The position numbers and the translations under genes are program-made. From assembly GCA_934747965.1 (NCBI GenBank), contig CAKVHI010000003.1, positions 7,025 through 71,024 on the forward strand: a stretch of DNA of 64,000 nucleotides. Direction: 5' to 3'. The notes under the pieces were generated by a model. The model made no database searches. It worked only from the letters and a program-made list of their open reading frames with translations, and was not told the DNA's origin. How positions within the stretch are numbered: position 1 is the stretch's first letter; every line of letters starts with the position of its first letter. This document shows, piece after piece, positions 9,138 through 18,120 of the stretch. This stretch comes from an uncultured Clostridia bacterium. GTDB lineage: Bacteria > Bacillota > Clostridia > Christensenellales > UBA1242.

Positions 9138-10078
9138 TGGACCAATTAAAGAAAGCAATCATAAATGATTTTGTTAAAGTAAAAAATAAAGAAGATGAAA
9201 AAAATTTTAATTTAGTATTAAAAAAACTAAATGGTTTTTTAACATTATTTTTTAACAAAACAAAGCAAGAATTTGAAAATAAAATTGATTTTAAAGCCAA
9301 TTTAATTGGTGACATAAGCATAAAATCTAATTACGATTTTTTGGACAACGCTACAATTATGATTGATTATTTCGGAAATAGTGATGATTTGACTTACAGT
9401 GAAAGTTACAGCAAAAAGTCTGAAATAGGAAAGATGTTGCAAGATAGTATGCATCCAACAAAAATAGCAATTCCTACGACTCAAGATTTGATTTCGAATC
9501 TTTATTATTACTTATCATTAAACACAAAAGATATGTCATTATTTCAACGCAAAAATGGCATATCCTTAAAGTTTTTTGACTTTAAATTCTTCATTTTTTT
9601 TACTTTTGCAAGTCAAAACAATAATAACCAAGAATTTGAAATTAAGGGTAAATCTTATAATTTTAATTTTGAATTATTGCATAAAAATTTGCTACAAAAA
9701 AACAAAGAAACTAAAGGTAAATTCTTTGATTTGGTCAAATTTTTTAAGATAATTGAGCGAGAGTTATCACTACTTAGCAAATTAAATTTAAACGCCTCAA
9801 AAAACCTTTATTTTTATGAAAATTTATTATATAGTTTGGATAATAAAATTTTTGAAGGTGAATATATTTATGATATTTTTCTTAAAATCTACGATTATTT
9901 ATTCAAAGTTTATAAGTATGAAAATTTTGACAATTTAAAAAATGCTGAAAATAACCCCTTGTTTTTAGATAAGGAATATAAACTATTCGCAAAATATTAT
10001 ATTACAAAATATGACCTTAAACTTGTTTTAAAGCAAAGTAAAATTTTTATTGATAACATTGATGAAATTATAAAGTAA
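9137..10078 (+). CDS. Hypothetical protein translationally coupled to serS
   Basis: 313-aa ORF with a TAATG overlap with serS. No motif I can name. Weak nucleotidyltransferase-like pattern (LIGDISIKS...ATIMIDYF...KIAIPTTQD). Confidence 0.5.
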   Translation: MDQLKKAIINDFVKVKNKEDEKNFNLVLKKLNGFLTLFFNKTKQEFENKIDFKANLIGDISIKSNYDFLDNATIMIDYFGNSDDLTYSESYSKKSEIGKMLQDSMHPTKIAIPTTQDLISNLYYYLSLNTKDMSLFQRKNGISLKFFDFKFFIFFTFASQNNNNQEFEIKGKSYNFNFELLHKNLLQKNKETKGKFFDLVKFFKIIERELSLLSKLNLNASKNLYFYENLLYSLDNKIFEGEYIYDIFLKIYDYLFKVYKYENFDNLKNAENNPLFLDKEYKLFAKYYITKYDLKLVLKQSKIFIDNIDEIIK

Positions 10079-10594
10079 AAGAAACAAGATACATTAAAAT
10101 TCAAGTGATATTGCAAACATAATTTATAAAACAAGTAAATCTTTTCATTATATAAAGTTTAATGTTTTATTACTATGCAAAAATATTTAGTAATTTGTTA
10201 TTTATGTTTTATACCAAATTATAAAAAATTTTAATATAGATTATAAAAAATTTAAAAAGTTATAAATTTTTGTTAAATATTTACCTTTTTATTCGCAAAA
10301 TCTGTATTTTGCGAATAGTTTTATAAATCAATTTTTTAATTCTCTACTCTACTATTCACAATTTTTATAATAAATTATCTAAAAATTATGTTATTCATTC
10401 CAAAAAAATAGGTATTAACCACAAAAATTTCAAACTTGTTAATCAACCATTGAAAGCGTATTTTTTGTGTCTGTAGAGCTATAAAGCTTCTGTCATACAT
10501 TTTGTCCAACCTGTTTAATTTACCAAACCACTGTATATAGTTAGTTAAAAATCAAAATTCAAAATATTGAGTTTAAATTATTTTAACTTTCCTT

Positions 10595-11272
10595 TTAAAT
10601 TAGTAAATTAAGTAAAAAGCCACATTTTTTGAGTTGCTGTTGCATAACTTTATGGTTAGGTTCAACTCGTTTTAATTCCATATAAAAGTTTTCACTATGA
10701 TTTAATTCAACTAAATGTGTTAATTCGTGAAATATAACATGGTCAATTAATTCATGAGATAAAAACAAAAGTTTATAATTCAAAAATATATTTTTTTTGC
10801 TGTCACACATTCCCCATTTTGCTTTGCTGTTTATTATAGAAACACTTTTACAGTTTAATTTCATAAAGTTAAGCAATTCTTTTGTTCTGTCTATCAAAAT
10901 TATTTCAGCATTTTGTATGTAAAACTCTTTCAATGCTTTAATTAGCCTTGAAGTTGAAAAATTGAGTTTTTGAGGCAAACATAAGGCATTATCAGTTAAT
11001 TCGATTTCAGCTTGATTTTTAATAAAGATAACTGGGTATTTTTTACCTAAAAACAAGACTTCTTCATAATTTAATAAATTTTGATTTATCTCTAGAGTGC
11101 TTTTAATTTGAGTTTGCTTTTGAGTTATCCACTTCTCTTTTTCACATATAAAATTAAAAACTTTGTTTAAGTCAACATCTTTTGGTGCAGAAACAATTAA
11201 CTGCCCACTTTTATTTATTTTAAGTGAAATATTTTTTCTGTTGCTCAAAATCAATTTATCGGGTTTTATCAT
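10595..11272 (-). CDS. YgjP-like (DUF45) zinc metallohydrolase
   Basis: 225 aa with a C-terminal HELTHLVELNHSENFY (HEXXH...H) motif typical of DUF45/M48-like proteins. Confidence 0.75.
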   Translation of the reverse strand: MIKPDKLILSNRKNISLKINKSGQLIVSAPKDVDLNKVFNFICEKEKWITQKQTQIKSTLEINQNLLNYEEVLFLGKKYPVIFIKNQAEIELTDNALCLPQKLNFSTSRLIKALKEFYIQNAEIILIDRTKELLNFMKLNCKSVSIINSKAKWGMCDSKKNIFLNYKLLFLSHELIDHVIFHELTHLVELNHSENFYMELKRVEPNHKVMQQQLKKCGFLLNLLI

Positions 11273-11278
11273 GTATTA

Positions 11279-11287
11279 ATTTTATCA
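11279..11287 (-). promoter_or_regulatory. Extended -10 (TGaTAAAAT) ending 6 nt before the DUF45 ATG
   Basis: Read on the minus strand. No SD and a weak -35. Confidence 0.4.
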
Positions 11288-11316
11288 TATTTTGCAAAAA
11301 AATAAAACAAAATTAA

Positions 11317-11339
11317 TACTATGCAAAATTTGCATAGTA
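11317..11339. promoter_or_regulatory. Inverted repeat TACTATGC-N7-GCATAGTA (operator-like) abutting the padR-like promoter
   Basis: Perfect 8-bp arms, ending 6 nt upstream of the -35 at 11346. The half-site matches the 12-bp repeat family. Confidence 0.6.
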
Positions 11340-11345
11340 ATTATA

Positions 11346-11374
11346 TTGACAAATTTTTTATTATTTTATATAAT
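11346..11374 (+). promoter_or_regulatory. Consensus promoter TTGACA-N17-TATAAT for the PadR-like gene
   Basis: Perfect hexamers read directly. Confidence 0.7.
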
Positions 11375-11400
11375 AAAAACAAATTAATGGAGTTATTCAA

Positions 11401-13326
11401 ATGAAAAGTAGCGTTGTTAGCGGTGAAAACCGTGGTAGTGTGAATGAAATTTTGTTAAAAGCCCTTCAAAGTGGCGATAAGTATGGTTATGAAATTAATA
11501 AAGAAATAGAAATTAAGAGTGCTGGTAAGTTTTTTTTGAAAGAAGCAAGTTTATATTCTGGATTGAAGCGCTTAGAAGCTGGTGGTTTTATTTCTTCTTA
11601 TTGGCAAGATGGTGATCTTGGAATTAGAAGGCATTACTACTCTATAACTCAAAAAGGTCTTAATAAACTTAATGCTTCTAACTTCACTTGGGATAGTTCA
11701 AAAGAATTTTTAGGAGAAATGTTTAAAAATCAAAAATTGGAAGATATAAAAACTAATTTTTCAAATGAAAAAGTTTCTTTAAGCAATTCATCAAATGTTG
11801 CACAAGCAGAAAATACTGAAATGAAAAAAAATCCTTTTCAAATTGAAGTGAGCCCTTTTCAACAAAGTTTTTTTGATTTTAATTCTGAAAATCAAGAAAA
11901 TAAAAATCAAAATGCTGATAATAACAACCAAAACGCTATTAACAACAGCCAATATCTTCAACAAGAACAAATAAACTCAAATGTATGCGAAGAAAAAGTT
12001 GAAAGCCAAGTTTCTGAAAATGAAAATTTAAAACCAAATGCACAATCTTTTGAACCTAAACAAACAGAAATAGAAAAACAAAAAGAGAATTTTGATGAAA
12101 ACTTCCTAAATATTGTTAATCAAAAAGAATTAGATAATAAAGCCGATGAAGTGAACAATAATTTAAGTTATGAAAAACTTATAAACAACTACGAAAATAA
12201 TAATTACACTACTTCCCTTCAAAAAGAAAATGTGATTGATATTTCAAATTTGTTTAACTCTAAAATAAATGAATCAAGCATAATTATTAACAAATCAAAC
12301 GATAATAAGCAAGAAAATGAAGGAAATCAAAGTGGCAAAATTTTAGAAAACGATAATAAAAATAATGATGAGATTCTGTCAAACTCTGACATTAAAGCCA
12401 AAGAACAAGTTAGCCTAGAAAACAAAGTTGATGAAAATTCTGGCAGTGATAATTCTGTTGCAAACAAAGAAAATTCGCTTGATTTTAAAAACATTTTTGG
12501 CTCACTGCTTGCTGATGAAAATAAAGAAGAAAAGGTTATTTCTGGGCAAATTGAAAATGATGAAACTTTAGAAAAAAAGGTTGAAGAAACTGTTGAATCT
12601 CCAAAGCCTGAACTTCCAAGGATAAATGTTGATGATGATGTTAATGTTATGTTAAAAACAGAAAAGAATTTCTATAACAATGATTACTCAAAAAATCAAA
12701 TTCAAAGCCGAAGTTATCAAGACAAAATTGTTCAGAGTAACGACAACAGCAAAGGTGTTAAGCAATACATAAACAATGTTCACAAACAAACGTTAATTTC
12801 TAGGGCAACAAAAATCACTGAAGAAGTTAATTTGGAAGGAATAAATATAAGAGAATATTCAAAAATGAATAACAAACTTATTAGAAATTCAAACTATATT
12901 TATTCAAACAAACTAAATTTTGTTTTAGCAATAATTTTGTCGTTGTTAATTGTTACTGAAAGCATTATTTCTTTTGTTGTTCTAAGCAAATTTAACCTAC
13001 TACAAACTTTTGAAATTGTTATTTTCACGCTAAGTTTACTTGCAGGATTGTTAATTAGTTTTATTTATTCTTTAAAGTTTTTTAAAGACAAATTTAAGGT
13101 TGACACAAAAAAATACAATTTTAAAACACAATTATTTTATTTTTGCTTAATTTTTGTTGTAAGTTTTGTTTTGATTTTATGTATAAACATATTTGCAGGC
13201 ATGAACGTCAATAATTCGTTTGATTTTAAAATGAAAATTATTATGGAAACATTGATGCTTTCAAATTTTATTGCCTACCCTTTGATTAAATTATTACTTT
13301 ACAAATCAAAATATTTTTCAAACTAA
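11401..13326 (+). CDS. Membrane-anchored PadR-family transcriptional regulator
   Basis: The N-terminus GYEINKEI...LYSGLKRLEAGGFISSYWQD...RRHYYSITQKG is a PadR winged helix. It is followed by a ~370-aa N/E/K/Q-rich linker and four C-terminal TM helices. Confidence 0.75.
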   Translation: MKSSVVSGENRGSVNEILLKALQSGDKYGYEINKEIEIKSAGKFFLKEASLYSGLKRLEAGGFISSYWQDGDLGIRRHYYSITQKGLNKLNASNFTWDSSKEFLGEMFKNQKLEDIKTNFSNEKVSLSNSSNVAQAENTEMKKNPFQIEVSPFQQSFFDFNSENQENKNQNADNNNQNAINNSQYLQQEQINSNVCEEKVESQVSENENLKPNAQSFEPKQTEIEKQKENFDENFLNIVNQKELDNKADEVNNNLSYEKLINNYENNNYTTSLQKENVIDISNLFNSKINESSIIINKSNDNKQENEGNQSGKILENDNKNNDEILSNSDIKAKEQVSLENKVDENSGSDNSVANKENSLDFKNIFGSLLADENKEEKVISGQIENDETLEKKVEETVESPKPELPRINVDDDVNVMLKTEKNFYNNDYSKNQIQSRSYQDKIVQSNDNSKGVKQYINNVHKQTLISRATKITEEVNLEGINIREYSKMNNKLIRNSNYIYSNKLNFVLAIILSLLIVTESIISFVVLSKFNLLQTFEIVIFTLSLLAGLLISFIYSLKFFKDKFKVDTKKYNFKTQLFYFCLIFVVSFVLILCINIFAGMNVNNSFDFKMKIIMETLMLSNFIAYPLIKLLLYKSKYFSN

Positions 13327-13345
13327 ACAAATTTGTAAATTAATA

Positions 13346-13374
13346 TTTACATCTTTATTATGTTGTGCTATAAT
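13346..13374 (+). promoter_or_regulatory. Promoter TTTACA-N17-(TGc)TATAAT upstream of the ABC genes
   Basis: Hexamers read directly. Confidence 0.55.
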
Positions 13375-13392
13375 TTTTTATTAGGAGTTTAA

Positions 13393-14340
13393 ATGGAAAA
13401 AAAATCAAATTGCGTTTTGTCTGTTCAAGGTGTTACAAAAATATTTGGAAAAGAAAGAGCGGCAGTAAATAATGTTTCTTTTAACATCTTTGCAGGCGAA
13501 ATTTATGGCTTGATAGGTCAAAATGGTGCTGGAAAAACCACTATTATAAGGGTTATTACTGGTCTTGCTAAAGCCACTAGCGGAAAAGTTTTTATTTGTG
13601 GTTATGATATTGAAAAAGATTTTCAAAAAGCAATTAAAAATGTTGGCGGAATAATTGAAAACCCTGAATTATATTCTTACATGAGCGGAATGGATAACCT
13701 TAAATATTATGCTTCTCTTTATGGAAAGGTTGACAAGAATGAAATTGATAAAATAGTTGGCATGCTTGGAATGGAAAATCGAATAAATGACAAGGTTAAA
13801 ACCTATTCCTTAGGCATGAAGCAAAGAGTTGGTATCTGCCAAGCCCTACTTCATCATCCTAAGTTGTTGATTTTGGATGAGCCAACAAATGGACTAGACC
13901 CAAATGGCATAAAAGATATGCGTATGTTTTTAAAAAAACTTGCAAAAGAACAAGGAATTGCAATTTTAATATCAAGTCATATTCTTGCGGAAATGGAATT
14001 AATTTGTGATAGAATTGGCATTATTGACAATGGAATGATTATAGAAAACAAAACAATGGAAGAATTGCAACAGGGCTTAAATTCTAAACTTCAAGTTTCA
14101 ATAAAAGTTGATTATCCAAATTATGCTGGAAAAATTTTATTAGATAAATATCCTGATGCTTCTGTGTTCTGCATAGGAAATCGAGTTATTATTGAAACTA
14201 AAAATGAGCAAATTCCAATAATTACTTCTGTTTTGATAAATAAAGGCATTTCTATTTATGGAATAAGCACAGTAACTAGAAGTTTGGAAGATATATTCCT
14301 TGACATCGTACACAAAGGAAAAGAACAAAATATTTTATAG
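13393..14340 (+). CDS. ABC transporter ATP-binding protein (ABC-2 / BcrA-like)
   Basis: Walker A GQNGAGKTT, signature YSLGMKQRV, Walker B LLILDEPTNGLD. Confidence 0.9.
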   Translation: MEKKSNCVLSVQGVTKIFGKERAAVNNVSFNIFAGEIYGLIGQNGAGKTTIIRVITGLAKATSGKVFICGYDIEKDFQKAIKNVGGIIENPELYSYMSGMDNLKYYASLYGKVDKNEIDKIVGMLGMENRINDKVKTYSLGMKQRVGICQALLHHPKLLILDEPTNGLDPNGIKDMRMFLKKLAKEQGIAILISSHILAEMELICDRIGIIDNGMIIENKTMEELQQGLNSKLQVSIKVDYPNYAGKILLDKYPDASVFCIGNRVIIETKNEQIPIITSVLINKGISIYGISTVTRSLEDIFLDIVHKGKEQNIL

Positions 14341-14357
14341 TTTTTAAAGGAAATTTT

Positions 14358-16121
14358 ATGGGAATTTTTAGATTAACCAAAGGCGAATTAAAGAAAGTAT
14401 TTTTAAAACCGGGCATTTTTGTTGTAACTGCCCTTCTTGTTGTTGTTCTAACATTATCAGCACTTTTGTTTAAGCCAGCAACTCGTCAAAACAGTGGTTT
14501 GGTGAATTTAACAGGCTCTACTGTTGGACAAATGTATGACCGAAGTTATGGCTCTACAGACACAAAAAATACACTTTCAAAAGATTATATTTCTTCAAAT
14601 CATATCATTCCGTCCACAAATATTATTGATTTTTATTTGAATGAAATAAATAATAACACCAACTCTAAAAAACAAGAATTGTTAGATAAAATCAAAGAGA
14701 TTAAAACATTTTTTGTTGATTATCAAAGAAATTCAACAATAAACAATCCTTCGAATGAAATTAAAAATTTGTTAAATGAGCAAAGGGCGGAATTAAAAAC
14801 AAAAATTACTGAATTTCAAAGTTTGTATAACAAATATATCAATGGTTTAAATGGTTTTTATTATTTGCTTTTAGAATCAACTACAAAAAATGACATAGAT
14901 GTTTATTTGTCAAAATGTTTAACTACCCCATTTTCTGGCGAAATGCCTCATTCAGAAACGGTTAAAACAATTTATTATGACCTTGATATGTTTAACACTT
15001 TAACAAACTATGTTGAACAAATGAAAACTTTTTTACCCGAAAAACAAGCACTTGAAAATGCAAAAACTAACCTTGAAGATGCAAAAACTAAAATATCTGA
15101 AATTGAAACTGATATTCAAAACTTTAAATCTGAATATTCTTTAAGTGATAAACTTGAGCATAAACAACAATTCAGAACATTAATCACAAGATTTCAACAG
15201 GCCAATGAAAATGCCTATAACCTAACATTGCACACTATCAACGCTTCTGCATTAAGTGATTTTAGCGATGATTATATTCAATCATTATATCAAAACTTTC
15301 AATTCAAAACTAAATATACCATAAATGAGCAAAAAAACATTTGTAAATTTTATTTAGATAACAATAAATATGCCTTTGAATATGCAAGCCCATTAAGTTT
15401 AAACGCAACAAGCAACACAGAGCCTAATGTGTATGATTTTATGTTTTTTGCCATTGAATTTTGCAGTTTTATTGTTGTAATATATGTTGTATTTTTAGGT
15501 GCAACCATGATTGCTGGAGAATACTCAAATGGAACAATGAAATTGCTTGCAATAAGACCTTATTCAAGACGCAAAATCTTATTTAGCAAACTTCTTGCTA
15601 CTATTTTGATTGGCTTAATTTTCTTGTTTATGTCATTTATTGTAACTTATATCATTGGTGCTATACTTTATTCTACTGCATCCCTTCCAATATTAGTTAT
15701 CTTTAATGCTGGAAATTGCACAGCAGTTAGCCCTATTCTTATAATTTTATTACTATTCTTATGCAAAATGGTAGAATTAATTTTTTACGCAATATTTGCT
15801 CTTTCTATTTCAACATGGTTTAAATCAAATGCTGGATGCATAGTTGTAAGTTTGCTTCTATACTTTATTTCATTTGTTTTAACAATGTTCACCCCAAGTT
15901 TGGGAATAATAAAATTCTTACCTTTTGTCAACACAAATTTATTTGGTTATTTTGGCTCTCATCTTATTTCAACAACATCAAGCAATATATTTGTAACTAT
16001 GTTCAGCAAAGTTATTGCAAATGATATGAATTTCTTTATTAGCTTTTCAATAATAACTTTCTTCTCTGTTATAATTTATGTTGTTACAAGTGAAATTTTT
16101 GCAAAACGAGATATTAAATAA
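14358..16121 (+). CDS. ABC-2 type permease with a large extracytoplasmic domain
   Basis: One N-terminal TM, a ~340-aa soluble helical region, then five TM helices including GEYSNGTMKLLAIRPYSR. Confidence 0.7.
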   Translation: MGIFRLTKGELKKVFLKPGIFVVTALLVVVLTLSALLFKPATRQNSGLVNLTGSTVGQMYDRSYGSTDTKNTLSKDYISSNHIIPSTNIIDFYLNEINNNTNSKKQELLDKIKEIKTFFVDYQRNSTINNPSNEIKNLLNEQRAELKTKITEFQSLYNKYINGLNGFYYLLLESTTKNDIDVYLSKCLTTPFSGEMPHSETVKTIYYDLDMFNTLTNYVEQMKTFLPEKQALENAKTNLEDAKTKISEIETDIQNFKSEYSLSDKLEHKQQFRTLITRFQQANENAYNLTLHTINASALSDFSDDYIQSLYQNFQFKTKYTINEQKNICKFYLDNNKYAFEYASPLSLNATSNTEPNVYDFMFFAIEFCSFIVVIYVVFLGATMIAGEYSNGTMKLLAIRPYSRRKILFSKLLATILIGLIFLFMSFIVTYIIGAILYSTASLPILVIFNAGNCTAVSPILIILLLFLCKMVELIFYAIFALSISTWFKSNAGCIVVSLLLYFISFVLTMFTPSLGIIKFLPFVNTNLFGYFGSHLISTTSSNIFVTMFSKVIANDMNFFISFSIITFFSVIIYVVTSEIFAKRDIK

Positions 16122-16127
16122 CATTAC

Positions 16128-16158
16128 AAAAAAGTGAAACTAAATGTTTCACTTTTTT
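16128..16158. terminator. Bidirectional terminator at the convergence of the plus and minus gene blocks
   Basis: A6-GTGAAAC-TAAA-TGTTTCAC-T6. Confidence 0.8.
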
Positions 16159-16183
16159 ATACTTAATTTTATTTGATTTTTTA

Positions 16184-17185
16184 TTATTTACACAATTTAA
16201 CGCCAATCGCATCTTTAACCTTTTCTAAGGTTTCCTTTGCAACTTTTCTGGCTTTTTCTGCCCCGATTTTAAATATTTCGTCAACTAATTGTCTGTTGGC
16301 TTGATAGTAGTCATATTTTTCTCTCATAGGAGTTAAAACTTTGTTCATAGCATTAAATAATTCTTTTTTTGCATCCCCCCAACTCATGCCACCTAAAAGT
16401 TTGTTGCAATATTCTTCATAACCTTTTTCATTTGAAAACAATTTAAAAAGTTTGCACAAAGTGTTGTCTGTGTCTTTAGGTTCGCCCGGAAGCCTTGAAT
16501 CAGTAACAATTTTGTTTACGGTCTTTTGAAGTTGCTTTTCACTGCAAAACAATTCAATGGTATTTTTATAACTTTTGCTCATTTTTCTGCCGTCTAACCC
16601 AACAATTTGACAAGTTTCATCTTCTACAACACTTTCAGGAAGAGTAAAGACTTTGCCGTATCTGTTGTTAAAACTGTTAGCTATATCTCGAGCAATCTCA
16701 ACATGTTGAGTTTGGTCTATTCCAACAGGAATTTTCTTTGCGTTAAATAGCAAAATATCAGCTGCCATAAGGATAGGATAATTATACAAGCCCATATTAA
16801 CACCAATATCTTTATCTTGACCTTCAGCTTCATTTTTTTCAACAATAGCCTTGTATGCGTGAGCCCTATTCATTAAACCTTTGCTTGTTAAGTTGCACAA
16901 AATCCAAAAAAGTTCACAATCTTCACTTACATCACTTTGCTTAAAAAAAACAACTTTATTTGGGTCTATTCCACAAGCAAGCCATGTGCAAGCAATGTTA
17001 TATGTGTTTTCAATCATTTCTTGTTTGGTTTTTACTGTGGTCAAAGCATGATAATCAGCAATAAAGTAATAACATTCAAAATCATTACTGCTATTTGCAA
17101 AATCAACTGCCTGTTTAATTGCACCAAAATAATTACCAATATGAGCAATACCTGTTGGTTTTATGCCTGTCAAAACTCTCTCCAT
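16184..17185 (-). CDS. trpS: Tryptophanyl-tRNA synthetase
   Basis: HIGH-type motif TGIAHIGNYFGA and KMSKS; 333 aa. Confidence 0.95.
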   Translation of the reverse strand: MERVLTGIKPTGIAHIGNYFGAIKQAVDFANSSNDFECYYFIADYHALTTVKTKQEMIENTYNIACTWLACGIDPNKVVFFKQSDVSEDCELFWILCNLTSKGLMNRAHAYKAIVEKNEAEGQDKDIGVNMGLYNYPILMAADILLFNAKKIPVGIDQTQHVEIARDIANSFNNRYGKVFTLPESVVEDETCQIVGLDGRKMSKSYKNTIELFCSEKQLQKTVNKIVTDSRLPGEPKDTDNTLCKLFKLFSNEKGYEEYCNKLLGGMSWGDAKKELFNAMNKVLTPMREKYDYYQANRQLVDEIFKIGAEKARKVAKETLEKVKDAIGVKLCK

Positions 17186-17269
17186 AATTTCTCCCCATAA
17201 TTAAAAGCAAAACTAGGCTTTCAAAATTTAGATTTGCTTTTTTATTAACAATATATAACTATAAATACA

Positions 17270-17298
17270 ATTATAATTTTATTACACTTTTTTGTCAA
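17270..17298 (-). promoter_or_regulatory. trpS promoter, perfect TTGACA-N17-TATAAT
   Basis: Read on the minus strand. ~85-nt leader with SD GGGGAG and no T-box sequence. Confidence 0.7.
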
Positions 17299-17319
17299 AG
17301 AAAAGTTGTTATAATTTTA

Positions 17320-17355
17320 AAAAGCATACTTTAAAATATTTTAAAATATGCTTTT
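17320..17355 (-). terminator. Terminator after argR
   Basis: AAAAGCATA...TATGCTTTT hairpin just downstream of the argR stop. Confidence 0.6.
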
Positions 17356-17376
17356 CACTTTATCTGGAATATTAAA

Positions 17377-17826
17377 TTATATAATATTAATCAATTTTTC
17401 ATAAACACTTTCAGCATCCATATTTGTTTCTGTGATGCACATAACAGTGTCATCGCCATAAACAGTACCCATAAGATTTTCTATATTCATTTTGTCTATG
17501 TAACTTGAAATTCCGCCAGCAAAGCCTTTAAGAGTTTTTACAACCACAAGGTTTTGAGCAGTTTTTACAGATATAACAACTTCTTTATATATACCCACAA
17601 CTTTGTTAGAGATTTGTTGCTTTTCAGTTTCTACATAAGCATATTTATATTTTTTGCTGTCAGACATAATCTTGATTAAACCAAGTTCTTTTATATCTCT
17701 TGAAACTGTTGCCTGAGTTACATCATAATTTAATGCACGCAAAGCATTCACAAGTTCATCTTGCGTTTCTATTTCATTTTTTGCAATAATTTCTAAAATC
17801 TTACTTTGCCTTAAAGACCTAGCCAT
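17377..17826 (-). CDS. argR: Arginine repressor
   Basis: RQSKILEIIAKNEIETQDELV...TQATVSRDIKELGL wHTH and a C-terminal GTVYGDDTVMC oligomerisation/arginine-binding motif. Start moved to MARSLRQ, which is preceded by SD AAAGGAGAAA. Confidence 0.9.
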   Translation of the reverse strand: MARSLRQSKILEIIAKNEIETQDELVNALRALNYDVTQATVSRDIKELGLIKIMSDSKKYKYAYVETEKQQISNKVVGIYKEVVISVKTAQNLVVVKTLKGFAGGISSYIDKMNIENLMGTVYGDDTVMCITETNMDAESVYEKLINII

Positions 17827-17846
17827 AAATTTCTCCTTTGCAAGTA

Positions 17847-17973
17847 TTGAATAATTATGTAAATTATTATACAACGCTTTTTATTTTTATGCAAGTGTTT
17901 TTGAATATTTATGCAAAAAATTTTTTATATTTATTCAAAAAATTGAATATTGGTTGTGAATATTTATACAAAC
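17847..17973. promoter_or_regulatory. Cluster of ARG-box-like sites around the argR promoter
   Basis: TTGAATAATTATGTAA (17847), TTGAATATTTATGCAA (17901), ATTCAAAAAATTGAAT (17933) and GTGAATATTTATACAA (17956), versus the ARG-box core TGAAT-N4-ATTCA. Confidence 0.6.
17866..17894 (-). promoter_or_regulatory. argR promoter TTGCAT-N17-TATAAT
   Basis: Hexamers read on the minus strand. Confidence 0.65.
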
Positions 17974-18120
17974 ACAACATATTGTGTTGTAAAAAGAGTG
18001 CATAATACTACATATTGTGATTAAAATTTTAAATAAAAAAGAGAATTTTTAAACAAATCCCCTTACATTTATAAATTTATGAATTTTTTTGAAAATTTAA
18101 GAACAAAACTTAAGCCAAAA

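Noticed and set aside
11800-12800. The Asn/Gln/Glu-rich middle of the PadR-like gene as a possible DNA tandem repeat or contingency locus.
   Set aside because: I found no exact nucleotide repeat unit. It is compositional low complexity only.
17855-17865. TTATGTAAATT, a 10/11 match to the XerD-binding arm of Bacillus dif.
   Set aside because: No complementary XerC arm (…ATAA) lies 6 bp to the left. The sequence is better explained as part of an ARG-box in the argR leader, and such strings are easy to find in AT-rich DNA.
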